From an uncultured delta proteobacterium (GTDB taxonomy: Bacteria > Myxococcota_A > Polyangia > Polyangiales > Houyiibacteriaceae), in the NCBI GenBank assembly GCA_963699755.1, contig CAVOVB010000011.1, positions 29,788 to 93,787 of the forward strand: a DNA stretch of 64,000 nucleotides, given 5' to 3'. Of this stretch, positions 39,330 to 48,838 are shown in pieces (position 1 is the stretch's first letter; each line of letters starts with the position of its first letter). The translations under genes were made by a program, and so were the position numbers. The notes under the pieces were generated by a model. The model did not search any database, had not been told where the DNA came from, and worked only from the letters and a program-made list of their open reading frames with translations.

Positions 39330-42300
39330 ATGAGGGATTCACGATCGTTCTTCGCGGTGCGGGGTTGCGCTTGGACACCGGGACGGGTGCTACGAGGGTT
39401 GGTGGGTGTGTTCGCCTTCGCGCTGCTTTCCGGTATCACCACATGCCACACGTCAGATTGCCCGGCCGTTGACGTCCATGGCAATCCGCTTGGCGTTCCA
39501 TGCATCCAATGTTCCGTGCCGGTTACGGTGCCCTGCATGGGGAGCGTCTGGTACCTCCCCGAGGGCGCCACGTGTCTGGACGAACAACGACCCGCGCTCG
39601 AGGACGGTACCGCGTGCGGCTCGGGTGTCGGCGTCTGTATGGCTGGTGTTTGCGAAGTCGACGGCTTCCCATGCACGGAGCAGGGGATTAGGGACGCTAT
39701 TGCAGCGGGTGGTGGACCGCACACCTTTGCATGCGTCGGACCGACCACGGTAGCGACCCAGTCGGAGATCTCCATCAACAACGATGTCATTCTCGACGGT
39801 CGGGGCTTGTTGACCGTGGATGGCCAAGACGACCACCGCGTGTTCAAGGTCCTGCACTCGGGTATCACGGCGGAGCTTCGTGACATGACAATCACCCGCG
39901 GAGGCGGAGACGCCGACTATGGCGCAGGGATTTACAACGCAGGCGCGCTCACCCTGACTGACGTGGTCGTGACAGATTGCACCGGAACCGCCCATGGCGG
40001 TGCGCTCTACCAGCATGGGCCATCGATGAACCTCACGCGGGTGACCCTGACAGGGAATAGTGCGTATGCGGGCGGCGCCATCGGGGGTGGTCAGGGTCCG
40101 ACCACGATCACGGACAGCGTGTTGTCGAGCAACACCGCCACCTCGTTGGGGGGTGCCATCTACGTTGGCGGAATCACGACGATGAGCGGCACGACCCTGT
40201 CCGACAACGAGACCCTCTTCGGCGGCGCAATCATCGTGATTCACCAGGGGGAGTTGGCGGTGTACGATTCGGCCATTTCAGGCAACCGAGCCCAATCGGG
40301 GGGCGGCATCTACACCCACGGCACGGTCACGATCGACAACAGCGTCGTGTCGGACAATGAGGTAACCCATGGAGGCGGCGGGATTCGCCAGGACGAGGGG
40401 ATGGTCGCCATCAGCAACTCGACCATCTCCGGCAATACCGCCCAGTTTGGCGCGGGCATCGAGGCCGCGACCGTCTCGCCCAACACGAGCTTGCTGACCA
40501 CCCTCAACACGACCGTATCGGGTAACGCGGCAGTCAGCACGGGGGGGGGCGTAGTCGCTTTCGGCACTTCGACGCTTGCGCTCGTGCACAGCACCGTGTT
40601 CGGGAACACCGCTGGAAACGAAGGAAGCGCCGGGTATGGCACGGACACTGTGACGGTCACCTACAAGAACAACATCATCGAAGGGACGTGCGCTGCGGGT
40701 AGTACCACCGGGACCGTCATCTCGTATGGCTACAACATCGAATCGCCTGGCAACACCTGCTTCTTGACGCATCCGACGGACGTCACTGGCGTCACGCTCG
40801 GAAACCTCGGGCTCGGCCCGCTACAGGACAATGGCGGACCCACGCTCACCCATGCACCAGAGTCATCTCAGAGCATCGCCGTGGATTTGGTGCCGGCCGC
40901 GGCATGCACCGACCATGGCGGCGCGGCGCTTGTGCTCGACCAGCGTGGTTCGATTAGACCAGACAACTTGGACTGCGACGCAGGCGCCGTCGAGGGTTAC
41001 TGCGAAAACTGCGACGACGGCAATGTGTGCGCGACCGGCGCGTGCGATCCAATCACCCGAACCTGCAGCTACGAGCAGCTCCCCGACTGGACGCCCTGTC
41101 CGTCCGGTACCGGACAATGTGTCGGGGGCGTGTGCTATCTATGCGCCGGCGTGATTTGCCCACCCGATGGCAACGAGTGCACGGACGACGTGTGTGATCC
41201 GGCCACCGGCGACTGCTCTGTGCCCGTTCCGGATGGCACGGCATGCGAGTTGAACAATCACCTTGGGCAGTGCGTTGATGGCGTCTGCGAACTGTGCGCC
41301 GATGCGTGGTGTCCGCCTGACAGCAACGAGTGCACCGCGGATCTTTGCGATCCAGCGACCGGCGACTGCGTGTATCCACCGGCGCCTGATGGTACTCTGT
41401 GCGACTCAGGCAATGGCGAGTGTGTAGCCGGAGAGTGCGATCTGTGTCCGGGCTTGGTTTGCGAACCAGGCAATCCCGAGTGCCCGTGCGGCTGGACGTA
41501 CAAGGGCGTGAGCTACTGGTACGCTGGGCGCTGGGGCCATGCGATGGCGTACGCCGGTCCGGGTGAATGCGTCATGTTTGCCGGTCATTCAGGTGGCAAC
41601 CTGCAGGACATCTGGTGGTACAATGTCGAGTCGAATTCCTGGTCTCCGGGCAGTCCTTCGACCGTGCCACCCCATCGGTACAGCCATGACATGGCATACA
41701 CCGGTGGAGACAAGGTGCTGATGTTCGGCGGGACGAACACGCAGGGCCCAACCTACGGTGACACTTGGATCTTCGATCTGCTTGCTGGGGATTGGAGCGA
41801 GCAAGCACTCAGCCCGAGCCCAAGCGCGAGACACGGTCACCAAATGGTTTACCTGGGTGATGACAAGGTTCTGCTATTCGGCGGACGGTCTGGTACCACG
41901 AACCATGCTGATACTTGGGTCTACGATCTGAGTGACGGTGTCTGGACGCTCAAGAGCCCGGCGATGAGTCCGCCCGCGAGGTATCAGCACGCCATGGCTC
42001 GCATCGGTGGTGACAAGGCGCTGCTGTTTGGCGGCTTCGGTTGGGGCGATACCTGGGCGTACGACCTATCGGACGATGCCTGGACGCCGGTGAGTCCGGC
42101 CGTGTCGCCGATAACTCGGTACGCGCACGCGATGGCATGGATCGGAGATGACCAAGTCATGCTGTTCGGCGGATACGGCCCAGGTGCAGGTCAATTCGGG
42201 TCGCCGCTAGACGACACCTGGATCTATGACCTCTCGAACAACTCGTGGACCGAGCAGATCGGCTCACCGGATCCCGACGCCAGGCTAGATCACGCGTCCT

Positions 42301-42407
42301 GTGAGACAAGCCTCGACGCATCGAGTCCGGCGGTCGTATTTGGAGGCCAGCTCGACTGGTTGGGGAACGATCTCTCGCCGGAGACTTGGAGCTTCGGTGT
42401 GCCGTAG
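39330..42407 (+). CDS. secreted modular protein: beta-helix with choice-of-anchor-Q-like end, Cys-rich repeats, Kelch propeller
   Basis: Hydrophobic N-terminus; GGAI/GGGI..N repeats; LGPLQDNGGPT..H..DQRG..CDAGAVE; DGNECT.D.CDPATGDC repeats; about six R..HAMA..G..LFGG..DTW blades. Confidence 0.85.
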   Translation: MRDSRSFFAVRGCAWTPGRVLRGLVGVFAFALLSGITTCHTSDCPAVDVHGNPLGVPCIQCSVPVTVPCMGSVWYLPEGATCLDEQRPALEDGTACGSGVGVCMAGVCEVDGFPCTEQGIRDAIAAGGGPHTFACVGPTTVATQSEISINNDVILDGRGLLTVDGQDDHRVFKVLHSGITAELRDMTITRGGGDADYGAGIYNAGALTLTDVVVTDCTGTAHGGALYQHGPSMNLTRVTLTGNSAYAGGAIGGGQGPTTITDSVLSSNTATSLGGAIYVGGITTMSGTTLSDNETLFGGAIIVIHQGELAVYDSAISGNRAQSGGGIYTHGTVTIDNSVVSDNEVTHGGGGIRQDEGMVAISNSTISGNTAQFGAGIEAATVSPNTSLLTTLNTTVSGNAAVSTGGGVVAFGTSTLALVHSTVFGNTAGNEGSAGYGTDTVTVTYKNNIIEGTCAAGSTTGTVISYGYNIESPGNTCFLTHPTDVTGVTLGNLGLGPLQDNGGPTLTHAPESSQSIAVDLVPAAACTDHGGAALVLDQRGSIRPDNLDCDAGAVEGYCENCDDGNVCATGACDPITRTCSYEQLPDWTPCPSGTGQCVGGVCYLCAGVICPPDGNECTDDVCDPATGDCSVPVPDGTACELNNHLGQCVDGVCELCADAWCPPDSNECTADLCDPATGDCVYPPAPDGTLCDSGNGECVAGECDLCPGLVCEPGNPECPCGWTYKGVSYWYAGRWGHAMAYAGPGECVMFAGHSGGNLQDIWWYNVESNSWSPGSPSTVPPHRYSHDMAYTGGDKVLMFGGTNTQGPTYGDTWIFDLLAGDWSEQALSPSPSARHGHQMVYLGDDKVLLFGGRSGTTNHADTWVYDLSDGVWTLKSPAMSPPARYQHAMARIGGDKALLFGGFGWGDTWAYDLSDDAWTPVSPAVSPITRYAHAMAWIGDDQVMLFGGYGPGAGQFGSPLDDTWIYDLSNNSWTEQIGSPDPDARLDHASCETSLDASSPAVVFGGQLDWLGNDLSPETWSFGVP

Positions 42408-42568
42408 GGACAACCCCCAATAGGGACCAGATCCGCCCGAGGTCGCCTGATTCGCGATGAGTGAGGCAGGTTTATTCTCGTGATTTCGCAAGTTGGCGCC
42501 CGCCGGCGCCGACGAGGAATCCGCCACGATGGTGCTCGGTAAAGCTCTGAACTCACAAAGTCCCGTGT

Positions 42569-42584
42569 CGGCACGCCGTTCGCT
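42569..42584 (+). promoter_or_regulatory. sigma54-like motif before the transposase
   Basis: CGGCACGCCGTTCGCT (GG-N10-GC) 15 nt before ATG 42599. Confidence 0.4.
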
Positions 42585-42598
42585 TCTGTCGACGGGGC

Positions 42599-43516
42599 AT
42601 GACGCGACCCCGCATCGTCGATCCAGGCACGACCTTGGCTGTGTCGCGCCGCACCACCCGTCGCCACTTCCTGCTCAATCCGGATGAGCGTGGACAGATG
42701 GAGCAGATCTATTGGTACTGCCTCGCGCACGCCGCGAAGCTGCATGGGGTCGTGGTTCATGCAGCCTGCCTCATGTCGACCCACGCCCACGAGGTCATCA
42801 CGGACGTGCGGGGCGTCTATCCGAGGTTCTTGGAGACCTTTCACCGCAACCTCGCCCTGTGCACCAAGGCGTTTCGGGGCTGGCCCGAAGAGGTATTCAA
42901 CAAGCGAAGTAGCGGCATCCATGCGTTGCGGACCCCGGATGCCATCGTGGACTCGATCGCCTACCTCATCACCAATCCGGTGGCTGCCGGGGCGGTGCGC
43001 TACGCCAAGGACTGGCCTGGGACGCAGACGCTGCCCCGCCATGTCGGGGCCCGCGTCATCCGGGTGAAGCGGCCCAGGTACTACTTCGACCCCGACAACG
43101 GCGTGTGGCCCGACGAGCTCGAGCTTCGGCTCGAGATGCCGGTGGCGCTGCAGCTCGAGTACGGCGCCGGGCTTGCCCAAGAGCGCATCGCCCAGCGGGT
43201 GCGTGACAAGCAACACCAGGCCTGGAACGAGGCGAGGCGCACCGGTCGCACCTTTCTCGGCTCGCAGCGTGTACTCCGGCTCCCACACACCAAGCGGGCC
43301 AAAAGCTACGAAGTGTTTGGGAGCCTCAACCCACAGTTTGCGGCCGCGGGAAATCGAGCGGTTGCGACCGAAGCGGTGAAGCGTCTTCGCGCCTTCAAGG
43401 CGCAATACCAACGGGCCCTTGCGAAGTGGATGGCCGGAGACCGAAACGCGTGCTTCCCGGCCGGCACCTGGTGGATGCGCGTGTGCCATGGGGCCCGGTG
43501 CGGGCCGGCACCTTAG
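42599..43516 (+). CDS. HUH Y1 transposase (RAYT/IS200-like)
   Basis: CLMSTHAH (HUH) and YLITNPVAAG (catalytic Tyr + NP), then DWPG. Confidence 0.85.
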   Translation: MTRPRIVDPGTTLAVSRRTTRRHFLLNPDERGQMEQIYWYCLAHAAKLHGVVVHAACLMSTHAHEVITDVRGVYPRFLETFHRNLALCTKAFRGWPEEVFNKRSSGIHALRTPDAIVDSIAYLITNPVAAGAVRYAKDWPGTQTLPRHVGARVIRVKRPRYYFDPDNGVWPDELELRLEMPVALQLEYGAGLAQERIAQRVRDKQHQAWNEARRTGRTFLGSQRVLRLPHTKRAKSYEVFGSLNPQFAAAGNRAVATEAVKRLRAFKAQYQRALAKWMAGDRNACFPAGTWWMRVCHGARCGPAP

Positions 43517-43674
43517 GCAGCAGCTGACGCGGCGTTGTTCGCGGCTGCCTTGGAGGGCGGCGGCACTTAGGTGCATGCAGAGCATGCCGCTGGGGGCACC
43601 GCGCGAGTCTTCGGCGCGCCAGGCCGCTCGTCTTCGCTCGCCCGACAGACATCCACGGCGTTCGAGCCGGTGTC

Positions 43675-43823
43675 AGCGGCTCGTGGGGGTGTCCGCGGGG
43701 CGCCCGCGACTGGGTTCACACGGCGCCAACCTCGGCAGGATCTCGTTGTTAGCGGCTCGTGGGGGTGTCCGCGGGGCGCCCGCGACTGGGTTCACACGGC
43801 GCCAACCTCGGCAGGATCTCGTT
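43675..43823 (+). repeat. 76-bp tandem repeat, two identical copies (second 73 bp)
   Basis: AGCGGCTCGTGGGGGTGTCCGCGGGGCGCCCGCG...GGATCTCGTT at 43675 and 43751. Confidence 0.95.
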
Positions 43824-43837
43824 ATCTTGTTTCGTTG

Positions 43838-43880
43838 TAGGCACGGGCGGTTTCGAACCGCCGACCCCTACCGTGTCAAG
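43838..43880 (-). mobile_element. 3' fragment of tRNA-Val(GAC): att site of an integrative element
   Basis: Minus strand CTTGACACGGTAGGGGTCGGCGGTTCGAAACCGCCCGTGCCTA: anticodon loop, T arm and acceptor strand, no 5' half. Confidence 0.85.
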
Positions 43881-44216
43881 AATGCGGTCGGCTCGCAAGG
43901 GCCGCTTTCGCTTATCCAAGACGAGGGTGGCATCGGGCCAAACCAGGCCAATCTGGCCACCGCCGAGCACCTTTCTACACCCGGGGTGTACCTCGAGAAT
44001 CTGGCCAACCACGTCCTCAAGCACCCTGACGACGTAGACGCCGTCGTCGCGCTCGCAACGTGGGCGCTCGACGTCGCGGAAGGGGAGGACTGGTGAAGCC
44101 CTCATTTGCTGCACGCGTGTTGCGAGTCGTGACTGTATCTTCTTCAGTCCGGAGACAGCTCCGGCTGGTTGACCTGGTCCTTTCGGCGGAGGATCGGTCT
44201 GAAGCGGATCGTCGCC

Positions 44217-44290
44217 ATGATGTACTCGCTCGTCGAGACCGCGAAGATCAACCGCGTCGACCCCCGAACTCTACCTCAAGCTCGCCGCGC
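44217..44290 (+). pseudogene. IS66 TnpC C-terminal remnant
   Basis: [15 protein letters not shown], frameshift, YLKLAA. Confidence 0.6.
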
Positions 44291-44484
44291 TCGACTTTGC
44301 GCACACGGCGGATGCGCAGGGCCACGCCGCCGGCATCATTCACCGCGACGTGTCGCCCTCAAACGTGCTCCTCAGCAATCCCGGCGAGATTAGGCTCGCC
44401 GACTTCGGCATCGCCAAGGCCACCAACCTCCCTGGCAGCATCCAGAACGGCGCACTGAAAGGAAAGGTGCCCTATATAAACTGA
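44284..44484 (+). pseudogene. internal Ser/Thr kinase fragment (subdomains VI-VIII)
   Basis: AALDFAH...[13 protein letters not shown]...LADFGIAK...LKGKVPYIN*. Confidence 0.85.
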
Positions 44485-44609
44485 GCGATCAGAATCATTG
44501 AGAAAGCCCCTCAAAATGCGGGGGAACCTGTTTCCGGGTGTTGCGTGCCGTTTCTGGTTGTCTCGCGGCTCGTGGGAGAAACTGTGGGAGTTGGGTTCGG
44601 CGTGTTGAG
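44470..44609 (+). repeat. dispersed element end, copy A
   Basis: CCCTATATAAACTGA...ATCATTGAGAAA...GGGGAACCTGTTTCCGGGTGTTGCGTG...GTGGGAGAAACTGTGGGAG. Confidence 0.92.
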
Positions 44610-44699
44610 GGGGCCACAAAACGCTATCGAACGACGCCACCGGTGCGCGGTGTGCAAGTCGCGCGCGTCGGGCCCCTTTGGCAGCTCGCTGGTCAGTAC

Positions 44700-44969
44700 C
44701 GACACTGTCGGGGCACCCCAGAGCGTCCGGGAATGCCTGGGCGGTTCACTCGGTGGGATCGTGACATCAGCAATGGTTGCCACATCAGTCTTCATGCGCG
44801 AACCACGGACCAAGTTCGCGATTTCTACGCGACGGCTACCGCGCTCGGTTCACCGGGCGACGGCGAGCCCGGACTTCGCCCTGAATACTCCAACCGATAC
44901 TACGCCGCCTTCATCCGCGACCCGAACGTCAAACGGACCGAGGTCGTGACTTTGGTCGAGTCAATTCGA
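44700..44969 (+). pseudogene. VOC/glyoxalase family remnant
   Basis: GCHISLHA...VRDFYATA...DGEPGLRPEY..YYAAFIRDP; no intact start. Confidence 0.7.
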
Positions 44970-45893
44970 CTAGATCGCGCAGGTCACCTCGAACGTGCGG
45001 AGGCTGAAGTCGCATTGGATGGTCTGAATGCCTGTGCGGAAGGCCACGGGCACGATCTTGTCCGGGCCGCTCGTCCAATAGAAGGCTTCACCCGCATCGG
45101 CTCCCCAAATCACAGAGCCCTCTATCGTAGCCGTGGCGTCACCCTCCGTGTAGGCCGTCCTGAAGTCGAGCTGCAGCGAATACATCTCGTCGGGACGCAG
45201 GCGCCACATCATGGTAAACGCCGTGACCTCGAGGCTGCAGCCTTCGTCGTGGATGACGCGAGGGTTTCGATCGACGATCGTGTAACGAGTGGCATCGCTC
45301 ATTGCGATTTTGTTGGCGCTCATCGTGCCGAGGGCGATTTCATCGGTAGACAGCGCTCTCTTGGCGGACCACTCGAAGACGCAGACGTCGCCCGAGAACA
45401 TGCCCCCTTCGCAGTCCGGTGGTCGTACAACCCCGGACATGAATTCCAGCACGCCGTCGGAGCCTGCATCGACCTCGGCACTGAGCTCGCCCCCGGCGTC
45501 CCAGTCGATCGAGTGGAGCGGTGGTAGCTCGTACGCGGGGTTGTCGGCTTCCTTAAGCAAGTGGATCAGCGCGTTGAGATAGGTGTTGAAGTCGGTCAAC
45601 ACGTCCCCGGCACAGGCAATCTGATCCTCGAGCGGCAGCTGGACCGAAGACGGGACGCAGACCGGTCCTTCCGATCCGGCTTGGCACACCATCTCGGCTC
45701 CACATTCCTCCAGGAGCCTGAGCTCTCCCTCCTCACAGATCAGAATCGATGCGAGATCGCTGGAACAGACCTCAAGCCCTTCGATGTCGCACGAACTCGC
45801 TTCCGTCGCCGCGTCTCCACATCCCGTCCCCGTTGCGAGCGCAACGACCACGAGCAACCAAGAGCGCATGCTGCGCAAACCAAAGCTAGACAT
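44970..45893 (-). CDS. Cys-rich lipoprotein, unknown function
   Basis: GGAGG RBS, signal peptide ending TGTGC, multiple Cys. Confidence 0.75.
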   Translation of the reverse strand: MSSFGLRSMRSWLLVVVALATGTGCGDAATEASSCDIEGLEVCSSDLASILICEEGELRLLEECGAEMVCQAGSEGPVCVPSSVQLPLEDQIACAGDVLTDFNTYLNALIHLLKEADNPAYELPPLHSIDWDAGGELSAEVDAGSDGVLEFMSGVVRPPDCEGGMFSGDVCVFEWSAKRALSTDEIALGTMSANKIAMSDATRYTIVDRNPRVIHDEGCSLEVTAFTMMWRLRPDEMYSLQLDFRTAYTEGDATATIEGSVIWGADAGEAFYWTSGPDKIVPVAFRTGIQTIQCDFSLRTFEVTCAI

Positions 45894-45916
45894 TGGCACC
45901 TCCGACAGACTGCACA

Positions 45917-45932
45917 AGCACGCGGCGTGCCA
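45917..45932 (-). promoter_or_regulatory. sigma54 -24/-12 promoter
   Basis: Minus strand TGGCACGCCGCGTGCT (GG-N10-GC) just before the lipoprotein RBS. Confidence 0.65.
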
Positions 45933-46059
45933 AGACCCAACCCGCGGTTTTCATTGGCTATTGCAGATCCGCGACGCGCACGGATCGCGCGTGCGCGAAA
46001 TACATGCACGTCGGGCAACAAGAGCCGCAGTGGAGGCCAGCCATGGACCATATGTTTTC

Positions 46060-46246
46060 CCCTACGTAAACTGACTGTTCACAATCATTGAGAAATCCCC
46101 GCAAAACAAGGGGGAACCTGTTTCCGGGTGTTGCGTGCCGTTTCTAGTTGTTTCGTGGTGTGTGGGAGAAATTGTGGGAGTGGTGCTCGGCACGTTGAGC
46201 CTGCGTCACGATGCGGCCTAACCTGTTTCCACCGGTCCGAAATTCC
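46060..46246 (+). repeat. dispersed element end, copy B
   Basis: CCCTACGTAAACTGA...TGTGGGAGAAATTGTGGGAG...TTTCCACCGGTCCGAAATTCC. Confidence 0.92.
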
Positions 46247-46259
46247 GAGGTCAGGTCAG

Positions 46260-46455
46260 GTCAGGTCGCCTTCGATCAGGGCGAAAGCACGACCCACGCG
46301 GGCAGCGCGCCGCGGTTCGTGATGCTCTCGCCTTCGCAGAGCAGCGGATCCCCGTCACGCGCGGCCTCGTCGAGGATGAGGTCGTCCCGTGAACTGACCC
46401 CGCGCGCCTGGTACGTAGCGAACAAGGCGTCGGTCATGACGTCGAAGAAGGATCT
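46260..46455 (-). pseudogene. C-terminal fragment of an unknown gene
   Basis: FFDVMTDALFATYQARG...LPAWVVLSP* with typical codon usage and no start. Confidence 0.4.
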
Positions 46456-46522
46456 GTTAGCCCATCAGGCTCAAGAGAAGCGCCGATGTCAAAACCAGAC
46501 GTTGGTGTCCGGTAGTTCTGCT

Positions 46523-47770
46523 GGCGGTCTCAAGCCATCGACGCAACAGCCATGACGGTGTGATAGCCAAAATCGCACCAAGGAGGCTGAGCGATGAAGC
46601 GTCGAGAAGTGAAACGAGGCATTCGTCTAACGGGAGCGGAGCACGAAGAAGTACTCTGTCGTCTTGGGGCCGGCGAATCGTACGAAAGAGCGGCCGCGGC
46701 CATTGGATGTTCAACAAAGTCGATACAGAGACTGCTCGCTCGAGGTCGCAAGGCTAAACGCCGTCGCAGGCCTCGACCTCGCTCCCCGCATCGGCTGTCG
46801 TGTGCCGAGCGGGAGGAGATCTCTCGACGATTGGTTGCCGGAGACTCGTTTCGGCAGATAGCGAGCCACCTTGGTCGTGCGCCGTCGACCATATCGAGAG
46901 AGGTCGCTGGGAATGGAAGCCGCACGACGTATCGTGCCTGGTCTGCGGAGCAAAGCGCCGCACGTCGAAATCTTCGTCCCAGGGCGGGCAAGCTCACAGC
47001 CCATCCAAGGCTCCGAAAAGAGGTGGAAAGGCGACTCGAACAACGCTGGTCGCCGCAGCAGATAGTCGCACGGCTCGTCCTGGACTATCCCGAGGACCTC
47101 AGCATGCGCATCTCTCACGAAACGATCTATCAATCCCTGTTTATCCAAGCCAGAGGCGCGTTACGCAAGGAACTCACCACGTGCTTACGAACGGGCCGTG
47201 CTCGACGGCGTCCTCATCGACGAACCGAGCGGCAAGGTCAATTGCCCGACATGGTGATGATCAGCGACCGTCCGCCCGAAGCCGAGGACCGTGCCGTCCC
47301 AGGCCATTGGGAAGGCGATTTGATCATTGGCAAAGGCGGAAAGTCTGCCATCGCGACGCTGGTCGAACGGACAAGTCGTTATCTCCTGCTCGTGCGCCTA
47401 CCCGATGGGCGTCGTGCCGAGCAGGTGCGTTGCGCCCTCACACGTGAGGTGATTCAGCTGCCCCCGCAACTACGAAAAACCCTCACGTGGGATCAAGGCA
47501 AAGAGATGGCCGGGCATGCGCAATTCACGGTGGCCACAAACGTCAGCGTCTTCTTATGCGACCCGCATGCGCCATGGCAGCGAGGGAGCAACGAAAACAC
47601 AAACGGTTTGCTACGACAGTATTTTCCAAAATCCACTGATCTGAGTCGACACACTCAGACCGAGTTGAACGCTGTCGCAAGGGAGCTCAATGCGCGGCCT
47701 CGACAAACCCTTCAATGGATGAAACCGTGCGAGATATTCAACGCTGTTGCGTCCACCGCTTGAGACCGCC
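46523..47770 (+). mobile_element. IS30-family insertion sequence
   Basis: Terminal IRs GGCGGTCTCAAGC..TCGACGCAACAGC / GCTGTTGCGTCCA..GCTTGAGACCGCC around the transposase. Confidence 0.93.
46594..47763 (+). CDS. IS30 transposase
   Basis: PSTISRE, WSPQQI, HWEGDLI, TWDQGKEM, PWQRGSNENTNGLLRQYFPK. Confidence 0.96.
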   Translation: MKRREVKRGIRLTGAEHEEVLCRLGAGESYERAAAAIGCSTKSIQRLLARGRKAKRRRRPRPRSPHRLSCAEREEISRRLVAGDSFRQIASHLGRAPSTISREVAGNGSRTTYRAWSAEQSAARRNLRPRAGKLTAHPRLRKEVERRLEQRWSPQQIVARLVLDYPEDLSMRISHETIYQSLFIQARGALRKELTTCLRTGRARRRPHRRTERQGQLPDMVMISDRPPEAEDRAVPGHWEGDLIIGKGGKSAIATLVERTSRYLLLVRLPDGRRAEQVRCALTREVIQLPPQLRKTLTWDQGKEMAGHAQFTVATNVSVFLCDPHAPWQRGSNENTNGLLRQYFPKSTDLSRHTQTELNAVARELNARPRQTLQWMKPCEIFNAVASTA

Positions 47771-48049
47771 GGGAGAAACCGGACACTATGGCTTGGGGCT
47801 TACAGCCGAATTTCGCGGTACTAGGTGTTATGTCGCCTGGGACGCGAACCGGAAAGGGCCTTTGTTTCGGCTATGCTCGAGGCAAACTGATGGGAGGACA
47901 ACCCTCCGAGGCGGCGAACATCTCGCTACGGACAACGTTCTGAGGAAGGACAAGGTTGCTCGTGAGATCCAGGGAACGGGATGGCGTTCCCCGGCTCAAG
48001 GTGTAGTATACTCCCATTCGTCATTCCTGACCTCAGGGGGAGGTAGTCC

Positions 48050-48787
48050 ATGGGCAGGGTACTCGCGTTCCTCTACGGCGTCGTCTCGTACGTGGTCTTC
48101 CTGGTCGTGTTCCTCTATGCCATTGGATTTGTCGGGAACTTCGTGGTGCCGAAATCGATCGACACCGGCGCGGAAGGCGCCTTCCTGCCGTCGCTCCTGA
48201 TCAACAGCCTCCTGCTGGGCGCCTTTGCCATCCAGCACACCATCATGGCCCGCCCCGGGTTCAAGCGGTGGTGGACCCAGATCGTTCCCGAGGCGATCGA
48301 GCGCAGCACCTTCGTCCTGGTGGCCAGCCTCCTCCTGGCGCTGCTCTACTGGAAGTGGCAGCCGCTGCCGAGTGTCGTCTGGGAGGTCCAGAACACGGCG
48401 GGGGTGTACGTGCTGTGGGGGCTGTTTGGACTGGGCTGGCTGATGGTGCTCCTGTCCACCTTCATGATCAATCACTTCGACCTGTTCGGGCTGCGGCAGG
48501 TCTACCTGAACCTCCGCCAGACCAAGTACTCCCACCTCCCCTTCACCACCGTGTGGCTCTACAAGCTGGTGCGCCACCCGATCATGCTCGGCTTCGTCAT
48601 CGCGTTCTGGGCCACGCCGTACATGACCGTCGGGCACCTCATCTTCGCAATTGGCACGACGGGCTACATCCTCATCGGGCTGCAGTTCGAGGAGAAGGAT
48701 CTCGTGACCTATCACGGCGAAGACTACGAGGAGTACAAGAAGCGGGTGCCGATGATCGTGCCGCTGGCGGGGGGATCGAAGCGCTGA
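48050..48787 (+). CDS. mddA: methanethiol S-methyltransferase
   Basis: [56 protein letters not shown]. Confidence 0.85.
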   Translation: MGRVLAFLYGVVSYVVFLVVFLYAIGFVGNFVVPKSIDTGAEGAFLPSLLINSLLLGAFAIQHTIMARPGFKRWWTQIVPEAIERSTFVLVASLLLALLYWKWQPLPSVVWEVQNTAGVYVLWGLFGLGWLMVLLSTFMINHFDLFGLRQVYLNLRQTKYSHLPFTTVWLYKLVRHPIMLGFVIAFWATPYMTVGHLIFAIGTTGYILIGLQFEEKDLVTYHGEDYEEYKKRVPMIVPLAGGSKR

Positions 48788-48838
48788 CCTAGTAGGTCAC
48801 TTGCAATATACGGCGGCGAGGCTGTGGTTCACTTCTGG

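Noticed and set aside
42290..43585. 431-aa minus-strand ORF
   Set aside because: Antisense shadow of the HUH transposase, common in high-GC DNA.
43675..43823. Possible CRISPR array
   Set aside because: Two fully identical 76-bp units with no unique spacers, and no cas genes in the window.
46248..46267. GGTCA pentamer run
   Set aside because: Short slippage-type repeat at a junction; no functional evidence.
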